A stretch of DNA of 64,000 nucleotides from Eledone cirrhosa (GCA_964016885.1 OZ024742.1:188356001-188420000); one strand, 5' to 3'; shown: positions 24,679-38,138, counted from the first letter of the stretch. Program-made: numbers and translations. Notes: generated by a model not told the origin, from the sequence alone.

Positions 24679-25726
24679 ATATTTAACGAAAATAATAAAA
24701 TATATTTAACGAACAGCCACGAAATTTAGTAGATAAATTATGTAATATTCATTCATTATTTGTTCAAAGTAATCCAACCTATTTTACTAATGGGATAATT
24801 GTTTATCCCATTAGTAAATTATAAACCGTACACAATCCCATTCTTCTTACTTTATTATAGTTTAGATGGCAAAATAACAAGCTTCTCTGAAGACCAACTT
24901 TATCTGAGTAAAATTTAATGACAAATTAAAATGTTGACTTAACAAATACCTACACTCATTCAGCAACATTAAAAGAAATTATAATAGCAGAGTCTAGAAT
25001 ACGACCTTATTTACTATTTAACAAGTAGATAATCCCATTACCATTTCAAACCTGCACGATAATTCTTTTTTCTTGATGTATTCAATTAATCATTTCTTTT
25101 TATTTTCATTTATAATATGTTTATTCATATATTCATTAACATTTTGTTTCATATACATAATCAATGAAGTCCGTCCAATCAACCCTTTCCTCACCACCAT
25201 ACAAATATATGCATCTATGATTCATTGTCTCGCTATGACCATTCATCTTATTTTTGCTGAAACGTTATTTAGCGAAATATTTGTGAAAACACCAACACTC
25301 CAGCATACGCTCATACCTGCAATCCAGGAAATTCACTCACTTATATAAAATCTACAAGCCAATATTCTCATAATATCCCTCCTCCGAGGTAAACCTATCT
25401 TCGCTATATCTTTTCATTAAAAAAAAATAGCATTTCATATAACTATAAACAACATTCCTTGCAATATTCTATATTCTAAAGAATCTAGAAATAAAAAGCT
25501 TTCACGCTGATCCATGAAATAAATATTACAAAAACCTATTCCATCGAATTCCCCCTTTAAGTAGGTGCACATATACACAATCCTTAAAACAACTTCACCC
25601 TCACGCATACACACACATATATACCTGTGTATGCATATATATATATATTTATATATATATATGTATGTGTGTGTGTGTGTATATATACATACTTACATAT
25701 ATATATATATATATATATATATCATA

Positions 25727-25930
25727 TTTAATATAGAAATGGCTTCTACAGTCCTAGGATTGTTTCCTTCAAAAGACATCATAAGGAAGGCATTCCTGGT
25801 GATTTCTTTTGAGTGAAACAGTCCCAGTCCTGTCGAAATAATTTCTATATTAAACGTGATGTTTACATTCTACTAATTTATTGAGTACCTTACTTGCTGT
25901 GGTTACCCATGATTGAACCCGGGACTCAAC
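25727..25930. mobile_element. Fold-back + tail PLE-like end, family B, with two core-mutated HHRs back to back
   Basis: Minus: cttc-CTTATGA..GAAA-caatcctaggactg-TA-gaag; plus: ttc-CTGGTGA..GAAA-cag..ctg-TC-gaa; tail shared with 40150-40217 and 62640-62705. Confidence 0.72.
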
Positions 25931-26049
25931 TATATACATATATATGTGTGTGTGTGTACGTATGTACATGTGTGTACGTGTGTGTGCGTCTATGTGTGTG
26001 CGTGTGTGTGTATATAAATGTGTGCCTGCTTCCTTGTGTAATAGTAATA

Positions 26050-26244
26050 GCCCAGCAATTTGAAGGGGAGGGGAAAGTCAATTATATCGACTTCAGTGTG
26101 TTACTGGTACTGTATTTTATCGACCCCGTAAGGATGAAAGGCAAAGCTAGCCTCGACGGGATTTCATCTCAGAACGTAAAGGGCTGTAACTCTATATTGC
26201 TAAGCAGGGTGCCCTACGCTCTACCGATACTGCCAATCCACCGC
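26050..26244 (-). mobile_element. tRNA-derived SINE
   Basis: tttatcgaccccgtaaggatgaaaggc...ctctaccgatactgccaatccacc. Confidence 0.8.
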
Positions 26245-26369
26245 CCTATTTAGCACTCAAACAAAGCCATTGCTTTGCTTTTATTAATATTATTGTTGAG
26301 TCACCATCTCCTAAACAACTCTTCACACACACACACAGTCATTACCTGTTATTACCGGTTTCTATTATT

Positions 26370-26557
26370 GGGCGGTGGATTGGCAGTATCAGTAGAGTGT
26401 TGGACACCATGCTTTGTAGCATAGTTACGTCCCTTTATGGTCTGAGTTCAAACCCCGTCGAGGTTAACTTTGCCTTTCATCCTTACGGGGTCGATAAAAT
26501 AAAGTACCAGTAATGTACTGGAATAATTGCTGGCCTTGTGCCAAAAGTAAAAACAAT
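26370..26557 (+). mobile_element. tRNA-derived SINE, full length
   Basis: A-box-like tggcagtatcagtagag, B-box gagttcaaacc, core gcctttcatccttacggggtcgataaaataaagtaccag. Confidence 0.85.
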
Positions 26558-27379
26558 TGTTACACAATGATTTTGTAAATACATAAAATTACACTGTAAC
26601 TATTAATGAAAGCCTTGCCTCTTCTAAAGAATAATAAAACATTTATTGTCTTAACAGTTGTGTATTATTTCCATCCTGTTGAGTGAGTCTTTCTGCTGCT
26701 GACGCTTTTGTGTATTATTGGTTTTGATATTTAGTTAAAATGTGATATATACTTATTTAATTTGCCTGCAATACTTGGACTATTATAATCTATAAGTTTT
26801 TTAATGACATTTAGTTCGATTTTCAGAACAATATATACAGGTATATACACTTGTAATAAGTCACATATTTTCTCCTATGAAAATTCGACAAAAACTAAAT
26901 AACATTTGACAAATCTATTACACATACAACATTTCAATGGACACTATATGGTAGAATGTGAACTCTACAACACAGCAAGAATAATAGTGTGCCTGTTAAA
27001 TCGTGGTTTAGAAGTGAGAACCCATTGTTTTTCTTCATACACATCATGATGTTCGTTTTGAGGCATTATTTTATAGCCAGATGCCTTTCCTGGCTCCAAT
27101 TAATTTAGTCGCGACACGGTGGGATACACATAACATAAGTTACGTTGTAAAAGTCCAATATAAAATGGAAGGAAGTTATCTCTACTGGTACTACATATAG
27201 AGGTGTATATAAGGCACCTCTGATTATGGTTATCATCAATACCATTATTATTTTCAACATTATTGTCTTCACCTTCGATATATTGTGTCCTGGCAATTAA
27301 TCTCGGGTAAATCTTATGTAACAGTTTTATCATTTATATATTTTAAAAGATATTCTCCGTATGGCTTAGCATTCTATAG

Positions 27380-27700
27380 ACATGCACTGTGTTTATTTCA
27401 TATCGTTGTGTAACCCTAGTTCATCTCTGTTCGAGGATTCTATGGATTATTGACCGAAAACTTGTTTGTTTTTAAAGGTATAGCATTCCAACTATTTGGT
27501 TCTCTTGGGCACTTATCCTTTACTATAGCATCTGGTCGACCCAACCTTGTTAATAGGAAATCTCATGAAACATGTTTACATAATGAGATGGCTTAACATC
27601 TTCCCTTGTTACGATGGCGTCTTCCATATTCTTCAGTAATATCTAATTAATGCCATAATGTATCATGGTACTATCCTTAGTTCCAACATAGATATTGATT
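27380..27700 (-). mobile_element. Possible highly degraded LTR-retrotransposon integrase remnant
   Basis: Minus translation near 27505-27555 LTRLGRPDAIVKDKCP resembles the FxRFGxPxxIVSDNGP motif; no other clear support. Confidence 0.3.
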
Positions 27701-29120
27701 CAAGAGAATCCAGGTCCCACACCCGTCATAGAAATTAATTAATAAATATAGGAGAACTGACAGAGAAAGAAATTTCAGTGGACCTGTTCGTACAATATAC
27801 TTGAATCACTTAAACAAAATATTTACCTTTATATATTCCAAATACACTTCTTCAGATTAAATATTTATATTTCGAGGATAAGGATTACTAATAAAGATTG
27901 GTTTCTGATTTACGTACAAAGCCAAATTTTGGAGGAGGGGGAATTCGATTAATACGACCCAGTGCGTTACTGGGAATGTTTTTTATTGGCCCCATAAGGA
28001 TGAAAGGTAAAGTTAACCTCGCTGTAATTTGAACCATGTACGTTCTTAAATGACCATACCTATATGCCGTAAGACATACTGTCCATCACTCTACCGATAC
28101 TGTCGAACTACCGCCCTGAACATCTAATAAGTAATAATGTGTGCATGGAACAAAATACCACGATAGATGGCGATTGATGTTTAAGACATAATGGGTTAAA
28201 CATTAATAGACAATCTGCCACTATGAACAACGGAACCTTTGGAAATAATGTTTTGGTGCCTGAGAAACACTCGTTAGTCGATGATTTAAGCACATATTGA
28301 CATGACAGTAAAATTCGATAGTTCCTCATGACATTTCCTGTTATATTTAAATTTCTTGAAATGGTAGAGTTCTTTTATGAAATAAAATTGAAATGCGTTC
28401 TTACAATTATTATATTCAAGAGATCTTTATGAGTCTTTCGATAATATTTGGAGTTCAAAGTATCACGTTTAAGGATTCCTTATATGTGTCGCAGTAATAT
28501 TCTTGGTTTGCACCATGTCAAACATTATGGATACTATTGTTTTGAAACACACTCACTTCATCAGTTTTAACCATTCAATTTAACGCGCATTCATTACAAT
28601 CAATAATTTCAATTAACACGAGAAGAGATATGGGCTATGCGAAGCGAAATAGGAATGAAGTAAGAACAGGGAAATAAAATTGATGGACAAATACCACACA
28701 CGTAAATACAAACACAGTGGTGGAAGCTATTGAGAAATAAGTTAGCGGTTTCAGAACGATTTACGCGGTTCGGCTGAGAGGTTCATAGCCTGACCAAGAT
28801 ACTCTCACGGAATGACCCAATGAGGTTTATTTTTCAATATAGTCCATAGAAAGAAACAGTCCAGTTATTAAATAATAGATTTGAAATTGATGCATGCAAG
28901 ATTTCACAGCGTTGGTGTCAATCCTTCATCGACTGCCTATGAACTATCCCGCCGAGCATCGTATATCTTCTATTAGGGATCATACCCTTGTTTCATGTAC
29001 ACAGTGGAGAGAATGGCGAATGAGTAACCACTATTTTTAATTGTAATGGATTTTCAATTGATTTCTATATCTAACTTTAATGCTTTATATACATAATTGA
29101 TTTGATTCATTATATATAAA

Positions 29121-29151
29121 ACTTTTGACATTTTATATTTTGCAGGTAAGA
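29121..29151 (+). promoter_or_regulatory. Candidate recursive splice site (acceptor directly followed by donor)
   Basis: ttttgacattttatattttgCAG|GTAAGA. Confidence 0.5.
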
Positions 29152-29260
29152 AACATTCATTATATTGGTGTGTTTGTTTTCTGAAGAATCACTTTTCCTG
29201 GTGACCATTTGGCTGACTGTATGTAAGCAGGACATTTCTAAATTAGTAATCGTAACATCA

Positions 29261-29766
<506 letters not shown>

Positions 29767-30095
29767 AAGGACAAAAACAGTTAATTATATATCATTTTAA
29801 TTAATATTTCATTTTTATAAATTATATGTATATATTAAATGTATATACATATATACATTTTTGCATTTTAACACGTGCATGTAATTTTCTGTCTCCCATT
29901 TTATTATTTCAACTTTCCTCATTTATTTATCTACTAAAAACAAAAACACCAACAGTCCGTTTTCAGATCTTTCAGGTCAAGGACCCAATATCTGAATCGT
30001 TAGAGACCATGACTATTATTTCCTTTTCAGCGGGATGCTAATAGATTCTTATTGCAATTCAATTTCTCTGTTGTTATTTGAAGTATATTGATTTT

Positions 30096-30206
<111 letters not shown>

Positions 30207-30544
30207 AACGGAAAAAATGAAACAAAATTTCATTTCCCACTCTTAGTACGGCTGTTACTTAAATATAAGTATGTACACGTACATACATATATGTATACAG
30301 ACGTACAGTAGTATGTATATATATATATATATACATGCACACTATATATATGTACGTATGGATTCACCGAACATTTATTATAATGGTCGGCTTAATACGG
30401 GATGTTTGTTTACAAACACACCGAGCATTATAATAAATGTTCGGTGAATCCATACGTACATATATATAGTGTGCATGTATGTATATATATATATACATAC
30501 TACTGTACGGTTGTATACATATATGTATGTACGTGTACATACTT

Positions 30545-30624
<80 letters not shown>

Positions 30625-31296
30625 CATACAGGCTTGTATTCGTTAAAACAAAGCAAAAGAAAAGCAAAAAAAAAATAATAAATAAAAAAAAAACCATTAT
30701 GATTTAGATGTTGTTTACAAATAATCACAAGCATAAGAATATCATTGTGTTGAGTTTTCCAATAGAACACAATATATGACGTGCAAATGGATATGTGATC
30801 GAAAGACGATACATCAAGAAGGATGACATTGATTAGGTAATGAGATGCAATGATAAGGAATGAGATTGACGATGTCGATGGGGGTGATAGCTATAGAATA
30901 ACATCACAGAGTGCATGGACCTATATTATCAATAGATATTTTCTTGATTTTTTTCATGTCTATTTAACTAACTTTTTTTTATTTTTTGCTTTATAGAGTG
31001 GGGAGAAGTGAGTTGGTGTTGATAATAGATCAAGATAATGTGGATTGTGGTAATGGTTGATAAATCGATTGATAAACGTAATTACATACGTGACTGTATG
31101 ATATTGGCACATATATTTTCATGTCTTCTTTACGGAAGAAATATCTCAATATGGTCTTTTCAGTTGAATTATCGAAATCAGTAAGATTAAATGATATATC
31201 TATATATCTATCTGTGTTTCAGTGAGTGAGTGTATATCTATCTATCTATCTATCTATATGTATGTATGTGTGTGTGTGTGTGTTATATGAGTTTGT

Positions 31297-31368
<72 letters not shown>

Positions 31369-31384
31369 CACACACACATATATT

Positions 31385-32380
31385 TAATAAAATAAAACAA
31401 AGGCGAGTGGTTTCTCCTGCATTACGTTTATTGGTTGGTGACGCGCGTTTCGCCGCCGATCAGCTCAAGGTTAGATCTGTATCGATCTAGACCGACTCTG
31501 TAATCCATGGCTCGTCAGACCCGTTTATATATAAGATTTGTAAATCGGCTGCGACACACCATATATGATTTGTTTTGAGGCAATCACAGAGTACTGAATG
31601 GATCGAAATTTAAAAACGAGCATTATTTCCAGAGTTAAACACCGTAGTTCTACATGTTGACACAAAGAGAACCGACCGAAGGCACAAACAATACATTCAA
31701 CAAAGTAACGATATATACAAAAAGGTTTTTCATACCTGGACCATCTCCTAGTGATTAAATTCGATATAATCGATAACATCACAGATAGGTTTCTGGAAAC
31801 CCTGAAATTTATATACCAACTTATAAAATGCACAATTAATACATATACATATAATACATGTGTACTTCCACGCTCGAACTGGAGTTCTTTCGTCTGCGGG
31901 TTTCGTCCTTTATAAAAAAAATCTCCACTGTACCATAGAATTTCAATCTGCCTGCAGTAGTGCAGCAGTAATCCCGTCTATAATCATGTGACATTACTCA
32001 AAGTAGAAAGTCTACCAGTTGACATTTTTTGGCAGTTATTTTCGGGTGAGAGAACAAAAGAATTCTCAAACCCTCAAAACCCAAAGCTCTCAACTAAAAT
32101 GTGTAAACGAAAGATGACCAGCTATAACTATAACCTTCTCGAGCGAATACATGTGTCTTAGAGAATAAGTAATAATATTTGTAAATCGAACTTTAGCTGC
32201 AGAACAGCATGTAAAATTCGAGTTGTTTTGTGCCAATCACAGAGCAGTAAATGGATCGAACGTGAAGTGTTGAGTTAAATAATTTTTAAGTTTTAAAATG
32301 TCACACCAAGTGAAACGACCGAATGCACAAACTATACATACAATAACATAACGATATATACAAAAGGGTGTTTCATAGCT
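31385..32380 (-). mobile_element. PLE remnant: degraded GIY-YIG region, partial direct repeat, 3' HHR
   Basis: Minus translation DETRRRKNSSSSVEVH near 31860-31907 (like YIGETxRxLxxRxxEH); direct repeat ~31580-31735 vs ~32233-32378. Confidence 0.55.
31437..31521 (-). ncRNA. Type I HHR, intact core, large stem II insert
   Basis: ggt-CTGACGA-gcc[~54 nt with internal hairpin]ggc-GAAA-cgcgcg-TC-acc. Confidence 0.82.
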
Positions 32381-32387
32381 GTGAGTG

Positions 32388-32440
<53 letters not shown>

Positions 32441-32441
<1 letters not shown>

Positions 32442-32565
32442 TAGGAAAAGGAGTCAGGACCCCGACGGCTGAGCTTCGGCCATTTCAACAGCTAGATCCG
32501 AACTCGATCGAAACGGCCGGAGGGCAGCCATCGCGGTCCTGACTCTTTTCCTATTACCCACTCTG

Positions 32566-32570
<5 letters not shown>
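32441..32570. mobile_element. Fold-back PLE-like end, family C, diverged
   Basis: ataggaaaaggagtcaggacc ... ggtcctgactcttttcctattacccactct; GAAA..TC in both arms. Confidence 0.65.
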
Positions 32571-32604
<34 letters not shown>

Positions 32605-32989
32605 TACACCCGCACAGACACACGCATAGAAAATCTATATAACAGTTAAAAGTTATTTATATGATTAATTTTACAAAAAATTTGAAGTACATATAGTGCT
32701 ATTTATATATGATGTAAATTTACAATTTATTTAGATTTTCATGAATATCATTTTCATCATACCGTTATCGCTATGCCTATTAAAGCAAATAAATAAATTA
32801 TCACCATTATTGCTATATATGTTTGTGTATATATATATATATGCGTGTATGTGTGTGTATGTATGTATACTTATATATATCTATATCCATCTATCTATCT
32901 ATATATATGTATAAATTACAGATATATATATATATGTATATATGTATATATATATACTTATGTGTATACATATATATACGTATATATAG

Positions 32990-33022
<33 letters not shown>

Positions 33023-33068
33023 CATATGTATATGTATATATATTTATGTATATATATATATATATATA

Positions 33069-34158
33069 GACAGGGGGGAAGAAAAAAATGGCTTCACTTG
33101 TGCTTTCAACACATTTATTTTCTTCACAAAATCCCAAAAGAATTTTTTTCCGGATTAGAAAAATTTGTTTTTCCTTAAAAAAAATGTATTTTATAAATTA
33201 TGTTGTTGGTTGTTGGTTAGGTCTTAGGAGTTCTTGGTTATCGTAGGAGGTATTGTTTCGTTTTTAGAACGACCTTTCACGCTGAGGTGCGCTTGTCAAA
33301 CTGATGTGTATGTGGTGTGTTATTCTATATATAGGGATTTAACATGTCTGTGGTGTGGTGGGGTTTTTTCTCCCCCTTTATTAAGTGTAGGGCTATAGGT
33401 GTGTTGAAAAAGTGTTAATAGCAGTAACGAGTTGAGACGGTGAGTATGGTTGGGTGGGGAGAAATGTAGCAAGTGCGGCCTGCCCCGGTCATTCTCGAAA
33501 AATTCCTTTATTCAGGGGGAAAAGCTTTTAGTATTCCTTTGTGTTGATAATGGTCATAGGCATGGACGTAGAAAAATTCTTCAGAAAAAAATAATTGTTC
33601 ACAAACTTGGCAGGTGCGGTTTGCCTATGACCATTCTCAACACAAAGGAATACTAAAAGCTTTTTCCCCTGAATAAAGGAATGTTTCGAGAATGACCGGG
33701 GCGGGCCGCACTTGCTACATTTCTCCCTACGCAACCCTACTCACCGTCTCAACTCATTACTGCTATTAACATTTTTTCAACACACCTACACCCCTACACT
33801 TATTAAAGGGGGAGAAAAACAACCCCACCACACCACAGACATGTTAAATCCCTATATATAGAACAACCCACCACATACACATCAGTTTGACAAGCGCACC
33901 TCAGCGTGAAAGGTCGTTCTAAAAACGAAACAATACCTTCTACGGTAACCAAGAACTCCTAAGACCTAACCAACAACCAACAACTTAATTTATAAAATAA
34001 ATTTTTTTTAAGGAAAAAAATTTTTTCTAATCCGGAAAAAAATTATTTTGGGATTTTGTGAAGAAAATAAATTTGTTGAAAGTACAAGTGAAACCATTTT
34101 TTCTTCCCCCCTGTCTTAATATACCTAACTGTACCAAGGATTACACACATTTTCCAAT
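33069..34158. mobile_element. About 1-kb fold-back (arms ~490 bp) + one-sided tail
   Basis: gacaggggggaagaaaaaa ... ttttttcttcccccctgtc; spacer ~33563-33621; arm ends and tail shared with 60685-60878. Confidence 0.85.
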
Positions 34159-34485
34159 ATATATATATATATATATCATAAATCATGTCCTTAGAATTAT
34201 TAGATAAAATATATACCATTTCCTCTCCCAGTTAGCAGAATTAACCATATAAAAAATCAATTAGACCAGGCTATAAGAATAAAGGCTCCTATGAAGAAAT
34301 ATTTGATAAATAGCCGAAAGCGCCCTCTTCGCGGTGACCACAATAGAGTATTTACCCGACATTTCAACATCATGTAGAAACTGCCTAAATATACCGTCAA
34401 CCATACACAATTAGGTGTAAATTTAAACTTAGAAGAAACGTGTACATACCGTAATTATATATGAATATATATATATATATTTCAA

Positions 34486-34544
<59 letters not shown>

Positions 34545-34557
34545 ATATATACATATG

Positions 34558-34590
<33 letters not shown>

Positions 34591-34911
34591 CGGTTCCTAA
34601 ATAATAGGGTTGTTGTTGGACATTTGCACTTAAATAAGGAGGTAATCGGTAATTGTATAGTGTACGTTCCTAAATATGGGATTTCTTGTGATGTGCTTTT
34701 TTGTCATATGTAATGTTTCTTTAACGTAAAAGAAAATTATTATTAGATTGACCATCTGCTGTATCACTATGAATAAGTTACTATAACATTTCGCCGGTCA
34801 TAGAGTAGCTAAATTTAATCAGCGAATGAAGGAGGTGTGTGTTTGAAAAATCTGAAAAATTATAATAGCATAGGGGGGTGGGGGTGGGGGCTATTATTTA
34901 CGACCTCAGAG

Positions 34912-34949
<38 letters not shown>

Positions 34950-35162
34950 CCTGCGTGCGTGTGTGTCTGCGTGTGTGTGTGTGTGTGCGTGCATGCATAT
35001 ATATATATATATATATATGTGTGTAAAAGGGAAACAGAAATAACAACACGACGATTATTCAAGACCTGATAGTATATACATATATATATACGTGGGCGTG
35101 TGTGCGAGTGTGTGCGTCCATGCGTATTTATGTATATATATATACCCACACACACACACATA

Positions 35163-35223
<61 letters not shown>

Positions 35224-35261
35224 CACGTACATGCACTCGCATATATATATACAGATAGATA

Positions 35262-38107
35262 TATTTCTTTTATTTGCCACTAGGGCATCAAAAGTGGGAC
35301 AAGTACAAAGGGGGGAGTTTACACAAAAAGGCGTCCTCAATAAGGAGAAGGCAATAACAAAATATAAAAATAAAATAAGATATAACAAAAAATAAAATTT
35401 TTAACAAAATCCTCAATAGAGAGGAGGCACCTTGGGGGGTCGCACACACCCCCGAAAAAAGTGTGCAACCCTTCTCCTCAGGAGCACAGAGAAGGGGTGC
35501 TCCCTTGGTCTTTTATCTTCCTCACCTATAGTCTGATGTAGAGTGAAGGCCCATTCACACGGGCCATTCTCGCCACTTTCACCCATCTTTCATAGAAACG
35601 GCTGGGGTGCAGCACCTCTCTCTCCATCCTGATCCTTCTTCCGAAATGATATCGGAAGAAACGGACCAGTTGTTGGCCAGAGAGAAAGGTGCCTGACCTC
35701 AGTCCTTTCAGACGCGTCCACCATACAACCTCTTTCGCCATGGCTATTACGCACAGAAACACCGCCTCTGCTTCATCTTTGAAGGGGGGAGGCGGCTTGA
35801 TCATTACAATCGACTCGGTGGTCAACCGGATCGGTCCCACCCTTGACAGCAGTTGTTCGACATAGCCCCACAGATCGGCTACGCCCGAGCAGTGTACCAA
35901 TGCGTGTGCAACGGTTTCCTCGTCGCACACGCATCTGGGACAGATCTTTTTGGCGGGGTCCCTTCCCGGGCGCCCGTGTCTGTAGAGCCTTTCTCGAACG
36001 GGTAAAGCCCCTCGGTAGCACTGCCAGGCCAGGGACTTCTGGAAGTTGTCCATAGGTCCCGGGCTGAATGTCCTACCGAACAGGCTGGCCAGTTCGTCCT
36101 CCTCCATGTCTAGGGCTTCTCCGAGGGCGTCGTCGCACCTGCTGCGTACCAGCCCTCTATAGAATGTTGCGGTGGAGTCTCCACTGATAACCGGATCCGC
36201 CTGCCAGAGGGCGGTGAGCGCCTGGGCACACTCAGTGTGCCAGGCGCCCAGTTTTCTCGGTCTTTGCTTGACCCAGGATTGCAGCTCGGTGAGTGAGACG
36301 AGTCTGGGAAAGGTTCGTCTCACAAACGAGGCCCACACCGGTTGTCCGGTGAGGAATACGTAGAGGTGCCGTAGCCTTAATGCGTGTTTACGCATCATTA
36401 GCCACGGCATCCCCAGCCCTCCTTTCGAAGGGTGTTGACAGCAGATGGATCTCCTCACCATAGGAGCCCGCCTCTTCCAAAGGAATTGGAAGAGCGCGCG
36501 CTCCATCTTGGTGAGGGTTTCCCTTGGGCAGGGCACTACGGTCAGGCGGTAGTAGATGACGGACGCTATGTAGGTGTTCGCCACCTCCGCCCGACCTTTC
36601 AGGGATAGTTTGCAACTGGCCCACTTCTGGGTCAGTGCAAACACCCTGTTCGTAACCTCCGCCCAGTTTTTCTCCACCTGGAGGTCCGGTCCGAACCAGA
36701 CCCCGAGCAACTTCACCGGGCCCTCCGTCCAGCGTCCGACGACGCTATCGGAGGGCATCGGTCTGCCCCTCCACGTGCCGAGTTGCAAACCGATCGACTT
36801 GTCCCGGTTCAGCTTAGCCCCTGTGAACTTTTCGTACTCCTCCAGTAAGGTGCCGACCGCCTCGATTTCGGAGGCCGTCGACACCATTACTGTCACGTCA
36901 TCGGCGTAGGCCGACACCGCTTTCCGCAATCCCGGTTCCAAAGGGATGCCCTGCAACAACTCCAACTTCCGCAGTAGTGGCTCGAGAGTCAACACATACA
37001 GAAGGGAGGAGAGAGGGCACCCTTGTCGGATGGACCGCTCGATTTTGAACGGCTCCGAGAGGTAGCCGTTCACCTTGACCCTAGAGCAGATGCGGCTGCT
37101 GTGCATAGCAGTGATCCAGCCCCTGAAAACGGGTCCGAAGCCTGCCGCCGCTAGCACCGCATCCAGGTAACCATGGTCGACCCTATCGAACGCCTTAGAT
37201 TGATCCAAGTTGATCAGAGCCCCACCAAAGCCGGGTTCGTTCCCAACCCTCTCTATGATGTATCGCATGAGGTGGAGGTTGTCATGGATGGACCTGGACG
37301 GGATAGCGCATGTCTGCGCATCTCCCACCAGGTTGCCCACGACAAGCGCCAACCTCTTTGCTAGCACCTTGGCCAAAATCTGTAACTCTGTATTTAGCAG
37401 TGTTATGGGCCTGAAGTTACTTATTTCGTCCCCCTTGTTCTCGTCCTTCCTCACTAGCGTGACTACGCCCTTGGTCACAGTACAGGGAATTCTCCCGTTC
37501 TGTTGCCAGTTGCAGTAGACCGCCTCGAGGAGATCGGGGAACAAGTCCGGCATAGCTAGATATAATTCGTAAGGAAGACCATCGAGACCCGGGGATTTGC
37601 GTTTGCCGCATTGGCTCAGCACGTCCTCTATCTCAGCGGCCGAAATCGGCTCCTCGCAGGACTTCGCCTCCCTGTCCGAGAGGCGCGGCAGGCCGTCGAG
37701 GTATGGACCGAAGTCCACGTTCCCAACCGGCTCCCCGCCCCTCCCGAACAGTCGGGCAAAGTGCCTTTGAAAGGCCTCACACATCTGCTTAGGCTCAAGA
37801 ATCGCCCGTCCATCCAGGTCTCGCAAAGACCGGATGGTGGATTTAGTTCCACTGTTGGCCTCTGTCACGCGGGCCCAGCTAACAGCTTTGGTCCCCTCGT
37901 TCCCTAGAGCACGTATTTTACTTCGGACAACGCAGCCTTCGTGCTTCGCGTCGAAAAACTGGCTCAACGCCGTTCTCGACGCTAGCACTCTGGCCACGTC
38001 GCCGCTTCTAATTGCCTCTTCTACTCTATCTATTAGCTCCCTTTCCTTCCTATTCCTATCCGCAGCTAGAACCTTACTAAATTCTATCGAGACTACTCTA
38101 ATCTCTA
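35262..38107 (-). mobile_element. L1/Tx1-like LINE, 5'-truncated, distinct subfamily
   Basis: Contains ORF 35526-38138; 3'UTR ends ccctagtggcaaataaaagaaat; agatagat on both flanks (possible TSD). Confidence 0.92.
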
Positions 38108-38138
38108 GATAGATGTGTCGATCGATCGACAGATACAT
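35526..38138 (-). CDS. Uninterrupted partial ORF2 (RT + C-terminal CCHC), lacking the endonuclease; first ~10 residues come from the flank
   Basis: KSPGLDGLPYE, NFRPITLLN, DQSKAFDRV, IRQGCPLS, AYADD, CPRC..ETVAHALVHC. Confidence 0.88.
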   Translation of the reverse strand: MYLSIDRHIYLEIRVVSIEFSKVLAADRNRKERELIDRVEEAIRSGDVARVLASRTALSQFFDAKHEGCVVRSKIRALGNEGTKAVSWARVTEANSGTKSTIRSLRDLDGRAILEPKQMCEAFQRHFARLFGRGGEPVGNVDFGPYLDGLPRLSDREAKSCEEPISAAEIEDVLSQCGKRKSPGLDGLPYELYLAMPDLFPDLLEAVYCNWQQNGRIPCTVTKGVVTLVRKDENKGDEISNFRPITLLNTELQILAKVLAKRLALVVGNLVGDAQTCAIPSRSIHDNLHLMRYIIERVGNEPGFGGALINLDQSKAFDRVDHGYLDAVLAAAGFGPVFRGWITAMHSSRICSRVKVNGYLSEPFKIERSIRQGCPLSSLLYVLTLEPLLRKLELLQGIPLEPGLRKAVSAYADDVTVMVSTASEIEAVGTLLEEYEKFTGAKLNRDKSIGLQLGTWRGRPMPSDSVVGRWTEGPVKLLGVWFGPDLQVEKNWAEVTNRVFALTQKWASCKLSLKGRAEVANTYIASVIYYRLTVVPCPRETLTKMERALFQFLWKRRAPMVRRSICCQHPSKGGLGMPWLMMRKHALRLRHLYVFLTGQPVWASFVRRTFPRLVSLTELQSWVKQRPRKLGAWHTECAQALTALWQADPVISGDSTATFYRGLVRSRCDDALGEALDMEEDELASLFGRTFSPGPMDNFQKSLAWQCYRGALPVRERLYRHGRPGRDPAKKICPRCVCDEETVAHALVHCSGVADLWGYVEQLLSRVGPIRLTTESIVMIKPPPPFKDEAEAVFLCVIAMAKEVVWWTRLKGLRSGTFLSGQQLVRFFRYHFGRRIRMEREVLHPSRFYERWVKVARMARVNGPSLYIRL

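Noticed and set aside
24700-25500. Possible very old PLE coding remnant
   Set aside because: Only vague motif resemblance; needs an HMM search
34284-34340. ATGAAGA..GAAA-gcg..cgc HHR-like string
   Set aside because: C3 and the UH site are missing and there is no stem I; at most a decayed copy
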